A DNA stretch of 63,665 bases, the filler included, from Octopus bimaculoides (lineage: Eukaryota): NCBI RefSeq assembly GCF_001194135.2. It is 6 parts of 5 records of this genome, joined end to end, with 100 filler letters (N's around TTAATTAATTAA, not from the genome) between each part and the next. Parts side by side here need not be neighbours in the genome. Positions count along the whole stretch, not along the records: positions 1 to 30,948 come from NC_068990.1; 5 more parts are not named here. One strand, 5' to 3'. Shown in pieces: positions 14,086 through 26,789 of the stretch (the stretch's first letter is position 1; each line of letters opens with the position of its first letter). Under the pieces are notes generated by a model that saw only the letters and a program-made list of their open reading frames with translations, did not search any database and was not told where the DNA came from. A program made the position numbers and the translations under genes.

Positions 14086-15194
14086 AGTAAATAAATGATA
14101 ACTTGTACCTATTGTTACCTGTTAATTCATTACTCATCCCTAGTGTTAGAGATATTGAAGAGAAATACCTCCCTTAAAAACACATCTTTATTCTTTTATT
14201 CTTTGTAAGCCTAGTACTTATTCTATCGTTCACTTTTGCCAATTCACTAAGTTACAGGGAGGTAAACACACCAGCATCGGTTGTCAAGCGATGTTAGGGG
14301 GACAAGCACAGATACACAAACATTTACATACATACACATATATATATATAGAGAGAGAGACATATACATAAATTTTCTGGAAAATTTTTGAAGTAATGCT
14401 GGCATTATTTTTATTTGTTGCTGATAAAACTGCGCTTGCACAGTGGATTTGAAAATTTATAATGTACAAGCATGGGGCACATACTGGATTGCCTCGTACT
14501 TATATGTTTAATCTAGGCGTACCTGTTGATGAAAACTTGCCTAGCAAATTATTTTATTTGCTAAAAAAAAAAAGTCAGAAACCATGGTCTAAGAGATAGA
14601 TGGTAAATGTTTTTATTTTTCATTCCCTTCGAAGTTTATCCCTAATAGTGATTTGGATTTTGGCTATTCCTTCTAGCGTGCCAGGAATCCAATGATGGAT
14701 ACCTCTAATATGTTTAAATGTACACTGTATTTATATATATACATATATATATTTATATACGATGGGCTTCTCTCAGTTTCCATCTACCAGATCTACTCAC
14801 AAGGCTTTGGTTGGCCTTGGCGAAATATTACCTTGATTGGAAACAGGTGAGGGTTGGTGACAGGAAGAGCATTTGGCTGTAGAAAATCTGCCTCAATTGA
14901 TACAGACACACACACACAAATAGATATAGCTCAAATTTACAGAAAACAGGAGCCAAAGATAGGTGAAGGAACAACAAGCAGGTGTATTACTTTAACACTC
15001 AAGAAGAATGGAAAAGTCTTTGACATTTTGAGCAGAAAGGACTGAGAGATGAAAAAATGGAGAAAGAATGAAAAAAACATAGAGAGAGAAAAATTGTGTA
15101 GGGATTAATGGTTCAGAATGATGAAAATGAGAGAGAAATGGAAGCATTGGAGACATCAAAGGACTGAGAGCTTGGCTGGGGAGATGTTGAAATG

Positions 15195-15351
15195 TCAGGG
15201 ATGCCTGTGAAAGTTGTACTGGTCCAGAACACATTGATAGGCGCTTGCAGATTGATCAACTGCTTGGAACTGGCTAGGAACTGGTGTCCAGTGGCCCAGG
15301 TTGGTGAAGCAGTCTCCTTCATTAGGTGGATCCACTGGTAGACCAAGCACA
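15195..15351 (-). CDS. Candidate terminal coding exon of an unidentified gene
   Basis: Acceptor ttttttttcttatgttag| at 15352. One frame reads VLGLPVDPPNEGDCFTNLGHWTPVPSQFQAVDQSASAYQCVLDQYNFHRHP*. Unique sequence, GC-richer than its flanks. A second frame is also open. Confidence 0.4.
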
Positions 15352-15600
15352 CTAACATAAGAAAAAAACTTGTAGATAGAATTGCTTAAGTGTAATTACT
15401 TGAATAGCTAAAAACTGGCAACACTGACCAATTTGGACAATAGGCCAATGATTAGAAGATCGGAACTTGTTACAAAATCAAAGGTTGTTGGTTAAACCTT
15501 TGTATATCCCAACCTAAATTCAATGATGTATTGTTTTGATTGAAATAATACACTAAAGAGAAGCAAATAGCTTGAAAAACTAACGCCACTTAGGACTAGT

Positions 15601-15824
15601 TTAACCTTTTTAGATATCAGCCTTCCTGAGTCTGCTCTTGGTTCTATGATACAAATTTTTTGCGGTAAAGTGATCTAAATTAAAACCTTCTATCAAAGCT
15701 TCATGGTAACTTACGTTCCAAACACCAGCTCCATAATCAGTTATTTTACTAAATTCATTATTTTCTAAATTAATTGAAACAATGACGGTATATTTCTACA
15801 GAAATATTGTAACAAAAGTGTTAA
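15601..15824. mobile_element. piggyBac-type MITE
   Basis: Bounded by TTAA at both ends with short imperfect TIRs (ttaacctttt... / ...aaaagtgttaa). Confidence 0.55.
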
Positions 15825-16688
15825 GATATTGATAATTATTACCATTTTGGTTTTATGATTTACAAGAAATTCTTTTCTATTGCATTGATATATCTATAAA
15901 TACTACAAAAATGTCAGACAATACCATTCGAATTTCAGGAAAAGTTTGTTTACCACAAATAACTTACTACATATATTGTAAGATGTGGTTGTTTACATGA
16001 GTCACTATCATCTTAATATATAAATATATAAATATGAAGTTTATAAAAGACAGGTCACAATGCAAAAGTTGGAGAACAATATATTTCTTCTGCATTTTCA
16101 TTTAAACTAACACTAATCTTGAACCAATAGGTAAATTGTAAACAACACAAAATTAATTATGACATGTGCAGAGGTATACTGTATGTTAATGCCACTGTTG
16201 TAACTGATGATGATGATGATGACAATGATGATGACGACGACGACGACGATGATGATGATAACAATGATGATGCGTGTGTTCATATGAATGAGATTGCAGT
16301 GTTATTCAAATCATACAATAACCTATTGACAGTTTTAGAAGCTTAAGGTGATTTTTAATCTGTTTTTGCAAATGTTTAATAAGTATTGCTTTTACAATAC
16401 GTAAATCTCCATCATTTCTATCAAAAGACCTAGATAGAAACAAAAACTCCTCTATATACAGGTAATTGTCAAAACAATTGCTATATTTGTGTGCTCCCTA
16501 ATTCAACAGTGGTGTGGTTTATGTGAAACATTACATATGTCACCGCTGCATCTATCCATGGACATTTATAGACTTCACAGAACATTGAGTAGCAGTCATG
16601 ATGTTGGCATTTTGATGCCTGGCATGAATCATTATGATGTAGGTAACTGTTTTCCAATATTCAAATGGTTTCCAGTCCTCCAGGTCAG

Positions 16689-16763
16689 CTAATGTTTCTC
16701 CAATAACTCCAGTGCCATTGCTCCCCAATGCACTTGACTGTTCACCAATACATCAAGCAGTTT
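16689..16763 (-). CDS. Probable last coding exon (KLLDVLVNSQVHWGAMALELLEKH*), unidentified protein
   Basis: Acceptor tatgtcctcttttcag|. Phase-compatible with exon 16941-17029 across a 177-nt GT-AG intron. Confidence 0.6.
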   Translation of the reverse strand, partial: KLLDVLVNSQVHWGAMALELLEKH

Positions 16764-16940
16764 CTGAAAAGAGGACATAAAATATCGTCAAATTTAGTCC
16801 AAACATCTGGTATGTATGTGTGTGTCTGTGTGTGTGTGTGTGTGTACATATCAAAGGCGACGCCAGGTCATCAGCGTCACTTGGGCTCATCAAAGATTTG
16901 ATCACTCAGGCTCCTCCCAAACTTCACATAAAACACATAC

Positions 16941-17029
16941 CTGCTTGAAAAATTTCCCATATTTTAACAATATTTCTAGCCCCAAATGACTTATTTTTTT
17001 TATATCTAGTACTATGTCCTTCTCCAGTT
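16941..17029 (-). CDS. Probable internal coding exon (xLEKDIVLDIKKISHLGLEILLKYGKFFKQ), unidentified protein
   Basis: Acceptor tttatttttacccttaacatag|, donor cag|gtatgt, 89 nt, open frame ending in phase 0. Confidence 0.65.
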
Positions 17030-17716
17030 CTATGTTAAGGGTAAAAATAAAGCAACCCTACAAAACACGACTGATCTTTACACACAGATGCACAGAATAA
17101 AAGCAATCAAATAACGACAGAAGAGTACACAACAAACATCAGCAATCTGACTGTCACCTGTACTCATGACAAGAGATGCCAATTAGTCTTTTATACACCT
17201 ACCAAACTCGTTTGTATTAACCTGAGTTGTGGGATAATTTTTCATTCCTTTAAGAATGATGTAGAATGGAAGCTTTTCATAGATTGAAATTTAAATCCTA
17301 ATTTCTATTGAAATTTATTGTTTCAAGAAAACATTGGATTTGAATTACTTTTAATTTTTACGATTATAGATGACAACTTGGGCTGTAACTTCTGAGCCTG
17401 AGTCAGGCATGTGTGGACGACATCAAGGGAATGTCTGCTACAAATGATATTTCTTGACACAGGGCACCTTTAAGACAACCACCAGACACTGAATAAAAAT
17501 AAATGAACTGTGACCAGGCTCAATGAATGGTCTCCCGAGTTATGGGTTACAATTACATACTTAAAGTCAGGCTAAGCCCAAATAGCCTGAGTACTGGAGT
17601 TGCCACTGATACACACACACACACATGCACATATGTATATATATATGATATTTGCATATCGGGCAATTGCTAACCACTACACACATTTTTTTCTCTCCTT
17701 GTTTCTTTCTGTATTC

Positions 17717-17752
17717 CTTTCTGTGGAAGAGTGTAGGCTCGAAACATTAAAG
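17717..17752 (+). ncRNA. Degenerate minimal type I hammerhead-like motif in a PLE-type tail fragment
   Basis: cttt-CTGTGGA-a-gag(tgtagg)ctc-GAAA-ca-tt-aaag. Stems I and II are present, but the core has A6U and stem III is broken. Confidence 0.4.
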
Positions 17753-17867
17753 ACTTTTTCAATTCTCGAATGTTATACTAATACATCTGTTTGTTTCTAC
17801 ACCACCTGTCTTCGTCTGTTGTTTTGTTTTTGTGAATTCTCCCTATATATGTATATAATATATATAT

Positions 17868-18451
17868 ACACACAGACAAGCAAGAAGTAAATAGACACCT
17901 TCAATTTTCAAAATTTATTATTTAGTACACAAAGCAAACAATTGAAATGTAATCGATAAGTAGGACTATATACTTTAGTATTTAGTTGACATTCCTTTTA
18001 CAGTTTTTAATTCAGAAACTCTTTTTGGTAATAAACAGAGGAGCTTTGTGATTGTCTTTTGTGGAATTTCTGCCCACTTTTCACGCAACAATCAAAACAA
18101 TTCAGCTTTAGATTTAGGTTTCTGTCGAGTTTTTCATATAGCTCTATCTAGTATGCTCCAAAGATTTTCAATTGGGTTCATGTCAGGAGATAGACTCAGC
18201 CAAGGAAGTTTTTTGATCCCATTTTCAGTCAGCCATTGTTGATTCCTTTTTGCTGTGTGGCATGGAGCCCCATCTTCCATGAATAAAAACTCATTTTTCG
18301 TTATGTTATCGTGTGAATACATCGGAAGTAGTCCTTGCTTAAGTATTTCGATGTATTTTTCAGAGTTTATGGTTCCAACACATTCGATCAGCTTAGAACA
18401 ACCGTTGCTGGTGTTATAGCTCCCCATACCATTACAATACAATTCTACCAA
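17868..18451 (-). mobile_element. Tc1-family transposon, 3' half (DD34E transposase remnant)
   Basis: INSEKYIEIL...FMEDGAPCHTAK...WLSLSPDMNPIENLWSILDR, plus a TIR-like end at about 17868-17900 next to TA. Confidence 0.9.
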
Positions 18452-20093
18452 CTTGCTATCTTACTATTGTAAAATATTAACCCATATATGTTCATTAAAA
18501 AATGATGTCTTAAAATTTGACTGTATTTAGATTAAAAGTTATGGCAAGCTTTCACAATCTGGAAGAGTAGGACAGTATGCAACTGTTAGCTATGGGTGTC
18601 GACTACCTACTGAACATTTCGTATTTTCAAGCAGATGCTTCCTGGCAAGTTCATGTCCAAACAAGAAGGAGCAGGTTTTGCATTGTGAAAATACGACAGG
18701 GGTTGGGGGGATATGGGTTAGTGTTTAACATTGGCACAAGTCCACATGTTTTGAGAGAGGAGGGTGTTGACAATTAAATTGACTTCAGTATTTGACTGCT
18801 ACTGCGTTTTATTGATTCAAGATGCATGACAAATGAAGTTGACCTCACTGGTATTTCAACTCAGAACATAAAGGGCCACAACTTGAGGGTGTGGAAGACT
18901 TAATCTATCACTCCCTACCATCTGGTCTTTGAGGGCCTTTAGTAGAGTTTGTCCTGTTGTTGTCAGAATTCGAGCCAGATCAATGGCAATTTGAATTACA
19001 TTAAATGGCTGCCACTAGGTGGTGTGGTTGGGTGGGTGGTCTGGATGAAGACTTAATCTATAACTCAGTTTAACACCACCACGTGGTCTTTGGATGCCTT
19101 TAGTAAAGTTTACCCTTTTGTTGTTTGAATTCAAGCCAGGTCAATGACCATTTGAATAATTTCATTCCTTTTACCCAACAATCTTGGAATCCCTGCAAAA
19201 TCAAAGCATCACAGGCACCACCACCCTCCCCTCCCCGACTAACCAGTCGTTCCCCATCACCAAAAGTAACTCAGCAAATGTAAAGCTCTAATGAATCTGA
19301 CCATCTGAATTATCAGTTTTGTAAAATATTACCATGTTGTCAGATTTATTATGAAGTATGTGATAACAGTTTTTGCTGATGAATGTAAATGATATTAGGA
19401 GGTAAAAGTGTCGTTGAGATAAGGTATAAAGAGACTTCGATGAAAGAGGCAACATGAAGTGGAGAGGTGCAACATAACAATAGTTGTTGTTGCTGTTGTT
19501 GTTTAACCCCAGGTCAACCTTGATCAAACACACCAATGATCAAAGGAATTCTTGGAGGTGTATAACAAGAACAACAATAGTTGTTGTTGTTGTTTACACC
19601 CAAGTCAACCTTGATCAAGCAACTGTATGATCAAAAGCATTCCTTCCAAGACCATCCTACAATTTATACAGATATAATGTATCTGAGATTGCATTATCTA
19701 ATGCATCCTTAATCCCCCCCCCACCCGTTTAGACAGTAGGGTGTGATTTGAGAGAGATTTGGCTGCTGTTTAGAATGACTATAAAGTGACTCTCTGAATA
19801 AATGGAACATATAGAGTTAAAAACGCTCGTTTGTAAGGAGATCATTAGTGAAGAAATTGGGAATCGACGAAATAATAAGCAGTTAAGAGAAATGTCAAAA
19901 AAAGAAAAAGTATACTAGTTTTAATAATAGTCTTATCTCATGGTCCTAGTCTGTAGTGACAAATTCATGTGAGACAAATCAGAGTCATGTGAATACAAAA
20001 CACATAAATATATCATCTAATATTGTACATCAAATAACTAAATTCTCTGACTAAACTTGGCAGATAAGGCTAGATATGGCTCCTGATTAATGG

Positions 20094-20309
20094 TCATAAA
20101 GTCACAGAATGAAGGCAGCAAAATTCAGAGCAGAAGCCATAATGGTTATTGTTTGCACACTCTACCATGAAACTAACTCTTTGTAATTTCATAATTCTGT
20201 AAAGTATTTCCTTTTCGACTTTAAAACCACTTGATATCTCTTCAAAACTATAATCAAATTCTTCAGCGAATGTATAGAAGAACTTTTCGTAGACAAAAGA
20301 AAATCTCAA
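20094..20309 (-). CDS. Weak candidate coding segment (FYTFAEEFDYSFEEISSGFKVEKEILYRIMKLQR)
   Basis: Unique sequence with an open frame and a possible donor aga|gttagt. The acceptor is weak and the phase does not directly match the 17029 exon. Confidence 0.25.
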   Translation of the reverse strand: MRFSFVYEKFFYTFAEEFDYSFEEISSGFKVEKEILYRIMKLQRVSFMVECANNNHYGFCSEFCCLHSVTL

Positions 20310-21599
20310 GAACGTTATTAATAGGTTTTAATACAATCTATATTAGCAATTATTGTTGTGTTTTGATATAATTGCTTCCTACTAGATATACCAGGTCACG
20401 ATGATAATGAATAGATTGGATCAGAAATATTTTGGGAAATGCATCTCTTATTTATGCTAAGTACTTAGGAAATCTTGTACCAGTCTAATTCCTATTTTTA
20501 CCAAACCAACCCATATGATAAATGATTTACAATTTTCCATTAATTTTGTAACACTGCAAAATCTTAAGAAATTGTATTTCTTAATGTTTTAAGAAAAAAA
20601 GTGAGAGAGAAAGAGAAAAGTAAACAGACAATAAACATATTTCCTTAAAAAATAATCTTTATTATTAAAAAAAATATATTAAAACAAAATGGAGCATTGC
20701 ACACAGATTAGGCTGTATTTTAACAGATAAGCTATCTCCAATTTAGCAAATAGGAATATACAAAGCAAATGTTAAAGATACTTTAAATGAACAAAATTGA
20801 TGTCTGTTACAAAACCGAACTGTGAATTCTAAGAGCTCAAAAATAGAATAACAAGCATAAAAAGAAACAGAATAACGAGCCTAAAAAAAAAAAGGAATAT
20901 ATTTACAATAAAATTCATTAGTTCAGACAGCTGACACCTCTTAGTTGCCATAACTTCTTTATATCAAAGCAGGATAAGAAAAAAAAAAATTGATAAAAGA
21001 CAACAAAAAAAGCTAATATCTTTATCCCCTTTACTATTGATTCAAGGTTCAGTTGTTGATTAGAGATTGCCTAATGGGAAATAATTTACAGGATTTTTTT
21101 TTTAATCAAAGGATGCAGGCGCAAGTGAATCCCAAAGCCCTATATTTGCTAATGTAAAAGAGCTAATAAAAATGATTTACAATAAAACTACTGAAACTTA
21201 GTCTTGTCATTAATCCATTAATACATTTAATCAAGTATCGTCCCTCAAGTATATTTTTACTGTTAGTGGCTATAAAAATGTGCCTATTGAAAACCAGTAA
21301 AGAAATTATATATATACATATTTTCACCTGATTCAAGGCATAGTATATGTTTGATGTAAAAAATTAAACAGGCACAGACGTGGCTGTGAGATTTAACTAC
21401 CCAACCATATGGTCCTGGATTCAGTTTCTTTGCATGTGCACAGTCTTCCTCAGGTCAACCAAAGTGTCCTCTGTGATACTCTCAGGTCAATTAAAGCCTT
21501 GTGAGTGGATTTTGTAGAAATAAACTGAAAGAAATCCATCATAAGACCTGTACTTCACAGCAGAAGTGTTAAGACTGGTCCTTCTGGTAGTGAAAAGGA

Positions 21600-21966
21600 C
21601 TCAGAGCAGTACCATGTAAAAATACCTGTGTTGTGCCATGTAAAAGTGCTTGTGTGGTACCATATAGAAGCACCTGTGCGGTGCAACATAAAAGCACCTG
21701 TGTGGAACCATGTAAAAATGTGCAACATGTGCAGTGCCACATGAAAGTGTCCCTGCGGTGTTACACAAAAGCACCCAGCATAGTTTGTAAAGTGATTGGT
21801 GTTAAGAAGGGCATCCGGCTGTAGAAACCATGGCAAATCAGATTAGAGTCTGGTGCAGCTCCCCAGCTTGTCAGCTCTGGTCAAAGAGTCCAGCCCATGC
21901 CAGCATGGACGATGGGCATTAGATGATGATGATGATGATGATGATTATGACGACGACGACGACGAC

Positions 21967-21999
<33 letters not shown>

Positions 22000-22030
22000 A
22001 ATGATAATGACGATGATGATAATGATGATG
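21600..22030 (+). mobile_element. RTE 3'-end copy with internal ~20-bp tandem units and a long (GAT/GAC)n tail
   Basis: Repeated tgtg..accatgtaaaa units, then gaagggcatccggctgtagaaacc...cccatgccagcatgga and more than 100 bp of GAT/GAC. Confidence 0.85.
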
Positions 22031-22263
22031 AGAAGAAATTATGTAATGAAGTCTTGTACTGCCTGTCTTCATATACTTGTGAATTGCTTCCTTCCACAAT
22101 ATATAAATTTCTTAACGAACTCAAGTAAGACTGTTCTTAAAATTGAATAAAAGTTTCAGTTGTTGCATTTTCAGCATCTAGATGTAGCAGTCTTTTCATT
22201 AATGGCATGTTAATTCTAGAGAATTGTTAATTTCTTGAGATTATCTTTCCTTATTATTCACAG

Positions 22264-22388
22264 TTGGTTGCAATTGCTGGGAGGCCTATCATCTCAAAGT
22301 TTACTTTCTATGTATCACACCAGTTGCATTACATCAGCTTCTATTTTAAAGTTGATGCTATGGGTGTTGCAGCACTGGGACCCAGGAG
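22264..22388 (+). other. Possible plus-strand exon (two frames open)
   Basis: Acceptor ttatctttccttattattcacag|, donor ggag|gtattt, 125 nt. No partner exon found. A minus-strand terminal-exon reading (GSDANTKESSPTPNET*) also exists just downstream (about 22430-22480). Confidence 0.25.
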
Positions 22389-22576
22389 GTATTTGGCCTA
22401 TGAATTATATAATTTCATCATGTTTCATTGGGAGTTGGAGATGACTCCTTTGTATTAGCATCTGAGCCCTAAACACATAAAGGCAGTATTGCTTTTATTT
22501 CAGATTCTCCTCTATATCTGTTTCTGAGTCAAAGTTTCTAGAGTCACTTAACTTAGTGATTGAGAAACCACTCTTA

Positions 22577-24215
22577 CAGGATTTCCCCACCCAAATACAT
22601 CATCAACTTCAATTTCATCAATGTCAACTTCAAATTCGTCAGCATTAGCTTCAATTTCATCCACTTGTCTTAGTTACATTGTCATTTGTCTTGATTTTGT
22701 CATCATTGACGTATATGTCATAACTGTTGGATGAAGCAATTTTTTTTTTTAAGAACAGACACTGACATCAGTAATTGCTTGTCACAGAATAGTAAAAGAA
22801 TGTAAACATTAAAATGTTTTTGTAAGGGATTACTTGTTTTGTATAATAAAAAATTGTCACATCTTTCATAACCATAAATATACATCATTAAGTACATTAG
22901 ATGTAAAACAGCTTACTATACTAAATACATATACAGTGTGACAAACACATAAATCACATTTGTTTAACATTTTATTTATTATTCCAATTGTTTTTTTAAC
23001 TCTCATAAAATATTCCTAAACTTCCAGCAAAATCAACTTTGAGAATCAAAGCCAGCCTGGTGTTGATGTATTGTGTATTTACTTTTTAAAGTAATTTCTA
23101 TAGAGTTAATTGCACTGCTAACACAGGTGGAGCACAGTATTGGTTTATAAGCCCTTAATATAGTGGTAGTATATTATGGTTGCATAACCAAATACGATGC
23201 CCCTACCAGCAATTAATAGTATGTATTTAGGTAATTATGTATATTGACTGAGACCAGGCTGATTGATTACTGAAGAAGATTGTGTGGAGTTCTTTAAGAA
23301 TATGTTAAAAGAGTAAAGAAGTGGGAATAATGAGCAAATGGTCAAACTAATATTTTTGTCTTTGTAGTGTTTTATATGTGTATGATACAGTATATACATA
23401 TGATTGTTTGACTGGGAGCTGCTGCAGAGAGAGGGTGACTGCTTATGGGATGAAAGAGTTGCATCTAATGTATTGATTGTATGTATACTCTTTTACTCTT
23501 TTACTTGTTTCAGTCATTTGACTGTGGCCATGCTGGAGCACCGCCTTTAGTCGAGCAAATCGACCCCAGGACTTATTCTTTGTAAGCTTAGTACTTATTC
23601 TATCGGTCTCTTTTGCCTAACTGCTAAGTTACGGGGACGTAAACACACCAGCATCGGTTGTCAAGTGATGTTGGGGGACAAACACAGACACACAAACATA
23701 CACAGACACAGACACACACACACACACACACACACATACATATACATATATATATATACATATATACAATGGCCTTCTTTCAGTTTCCGTCTACCAAATC
23801 CACTCACAAGGCTTTGGTCGGCCCGAGGCTATAGTAGAAGACACTTGCCCAAGGTACCATGCAGTGGGACTGAACCCAGAACCATGTGGTTGGTGAGCAA
23901 GCTACTTACCACACAGCCACTCCTACGCCTATAACAATATTTATCATACAAAACTTGTAATCCTTTGCAAAACATTTTAATGTTTACATTCTTCTAATAG
24001 TTCTGGAAGCAGTAATCACTGATGCCAATGTTGTTAAAAAAAAATAACATGATTCGTCTGACAGTAAGGATATTTAAATTTACAATGATGAAATCAAGAT
24101 AGGTAACATTTTAACTGAAACTGAAGTTGATAAAATTGAGGTTGACAATGATGAATTTGAGATTGACATCGATGTGATTGAAGTTGATAAGGATGAATTT
24201 GAGGAGGAAACCCTG
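22577..24215. mobile_element. Ancient Tc1/mariner-type non-autonomous element with ~200-bp TIRs and nested SINEs
   Basis: TA-CAGGATTTCC at the left end and GGAAACCCTG-TA at the right end. 22577-22790 aligns with the reverse complement of 24000-24215. Confidence 0.65.
23486..23935. mobile_element. Composite of SINE family B (reads tail-first on +) and family A (minus) joined by CA/TA repeats
   Basis: ttttactcttttacttgtttcagtcatttgactgtggccatgctggagcacc... followed by cttctttcagtttccgtctaccaaatccactcacaaggc. Similar or partial copies at about 14190-14330, 28985-29390, 30645-30860, 33240-33430, 39280-39330 and 61880-61975. Confidence 0.85.
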
Positions 24216-24333
24216 TAGTTCAGGTTCTTAAAAGAGGAAGGACATACTGGACAATGTAGTCATTGATGTACTCATATCAAACGTCAACAAATTTAATTGT
24301 CACCTCTCCAAAATTGATACCTTGCATCAGACT

Positions 24334-24384
<51 letters not shown>

Positions 24385-24387
24385 ATA

Positions 24388-24829
24388 CAGTAATCCCTCT
24401 ACTATTGTGGGTGTTATGTTCCAAAACCTCTCATGATAGGTGAAAATCTGTAAGGTAGAAACAGTACTGTACTGGATATTTTTTTATAATTATTTTTATT
24501 TTATAATTTGTTTATATTTATTTTATTATAAATGAAAAACAACACCACACACTCACCTCCCGAGTTCCATTTTCATTATTATATTCTACTTAAGGTGTTA
24601 TACAGTGCAGTGCTGTATTGTATTTCTATTTATTAACTTATTAATTTTTAGGCGTAAAAATGCTTATTTTACCACAAAAATAATTAAAATCTAAAAATAT
24701 ATAAATACTTATCAGTCGCAGAAATCTGCAGTGATGAGTCTGTGATATAAATTTACATATATTAGCCAGGAAAATCCATGATGTACTGAGGGCACGATAG
24801 GTGAACTGTGATATGGCTAGTGATTACTG
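24388..24829. mobile_element. Tigger/pogo-like MITE
   Basis: TA-CAGTAATCCCT... and ...GTGATTACTG-TA terminal inverted repeats with TA duplication. Confidence 0.75.
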
Positions 24830-24859
24830 TATATATACGTGTGTGTGTCTAGTACCACC

Positions 24860-25065
24860 TGACTGGCCTTCGTACTGGTGGCACGTAAAAGCACCCACAA
24901 CACTCTTGGAGTGGTTGGCATTAGGAAGGGCATCCAGCTGCAGAAACTCTGCCAGATCAGATTGGAGCCTGGTGCAGCCATCTGGTTTACCAGTCCTCAG
25001 TCAAATCGTCCAACCCATGCTAGCATGGAAAGCAGACGTTAAACGATGATGATGATGATGATGGT
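24860..25065 (+). mobile_element. RTE 3'-end copy with (GAT)n tail
   Basis: Same sequence as 26395-26600 and 51130-51315. Confidence 0.85.
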
Positions 25066-26032
25066 GATATATATGTATATATATATATGATGGAATCTCC
25101 CATCAAAGTTGATGTATGAGCATTTAGCTTTTGCTGAACAACCAGTACAAATGATTTGTTTATGATGATCAAATACATGTGTCATGCATCAGCTCGCTCT
25201 CTCCATCAAATTAACATTGTCAAAACAGGTGAACTGTGTACCACACATCAGGTGTTGAAGTAGGATGAAGCGTTTTGCTCAAGAATGCAATGCACCACTC
25301 GGTCTAGGAACTGAAACCACAATCTCACGATTGTGAGTGCAACACCCTAGCCACTAGGCAATATATACATACACATGTCTACATGTATATATCTATATTG
25401 ATGTATATATAGAAACACCTTACAATTATACATGTGTTTCAAGACCTCAACATTTATTTAAAGGTAAAATAATCTTGTAGTATAAAAACGCTTGTAAAAT
25501 TGTAAAGTATTTATATCTTATTTATTTACAGCCTAGATTCTATTTTTTCTTGTATGGAGTCTTTTTCTTCTGTCTTAATCTTCTCAGATGTCACCTCTAA
25601 ACTATAAGCTATTTGCATATTCATGTATATGGACATATCCTCATAAACACATATTAATGACGGCTTGTATGAAAGAAGCCAAAATAATGAGAAAGGGTTT
25701 CTGTGCATTCAGAACCCATAAAGGTTGTATAAATGAAAATCAGTGTCTGAATCTAATGAGAAGTAAAAGTAAAATGTAATTATAAAGTCAACTTAAAATG
25801 AATTTGAACAACTAGTTATTAGTATCACTAAGCCTAATCAGCAGTGTGCATATGGATGTGGGTGCATACATGTGTGTGTGTGTGCGTGTGTGTGTGTGCA
25901 CGTGCGTGTGTGTACGTGTGTGTGCATGTATAAAATTATGATAGATGGCACAGTAACATAAATAAGTGTTCCTCCTTGGCATTGAGTACTGTTTGAACTT
26001 CATGCCTGTAATTACACACACACACAGACACA

Positions 26033-26135
<103 letters not shown>

Positions 26136-26394
26136 GTACATATATATAAATATCTATCTAAATATATAAAGGGCAAAAATTATTAAAGATAATAATTTAC
26201 ACCAGTGGCCACTATGCATAAAAAATTGTCTGCAGAGCATCAAACGTTTTTCTCTATATATATATGTGTATGAATTAAACACTGAGAAGAGTACCACAAA
26301 GTGGTCTCCTTACATGCTGAAAAGAGATGTCAAATCCCCAAACCATGAAAAATGCATTCTTAGCATAGTGACTGTCAGTAGGGTTGACCATACC

Positions 26395-26600
26395 GTGTGA
26401 CTGGCTCTTGTGCCGGTGACATGTAAAAGCACCCACTACACTCTCGGAGTGGTTGACGTTAGGAAGGGCATCCAGCTGTAGAAATTCTGCCAGATCAGAT
26501 TGGAGCCTGGTGTAGCCATCTGGTTCACCAGTCCTCAGTCAAATCGTCCAACCCATGCTAGCATGGAAAGCGGACGTTAAATGATGATGATGATGATAAT
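26395..26600 (+). mobile_element. RTE 3'-end copy with (GAT)n tail
   Basis: ctctcggagtggttgacgttaggaagggcatccagctgtagaaa...ggaaagcggacgttaaatgatgatg. Another copy at about 29860-30095. Confidence 0.85.
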
Positions 26601-26789
26601 GATATATAGAGACAAAAGTGAATGTATGCCACTATATATATATATATGTAAAATACAAAATGGGACAAGAATGCAAAACATCCAGACAGTTAGGTGATAC
26701 AAAAAAAGGGGACAACAAAACATCCAGATAGACAATACAAAGAGAACAAGGAGTTTTCTTTCCTCAATCGAATTCCAGATTATATTTGC

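Noticed and set aside
16753-16755. In-frame TGA as selenocysteine (ETA-U-C)
   Set aside because: No convincing SECIS was seen downstream, and the alternative frame gives a natural-looking C-terminus.
21853-22150. Poly-Asp, poly-Met and poly-His ORFs (also 16164-16346, 13833)
   Set aside because: The 13.8 and 21.9 kb cases are (GAT/GAC)n tails of RTE 3' ends. The 16.2 kb case is a simple GAT/GAC trinucleotide repeat.
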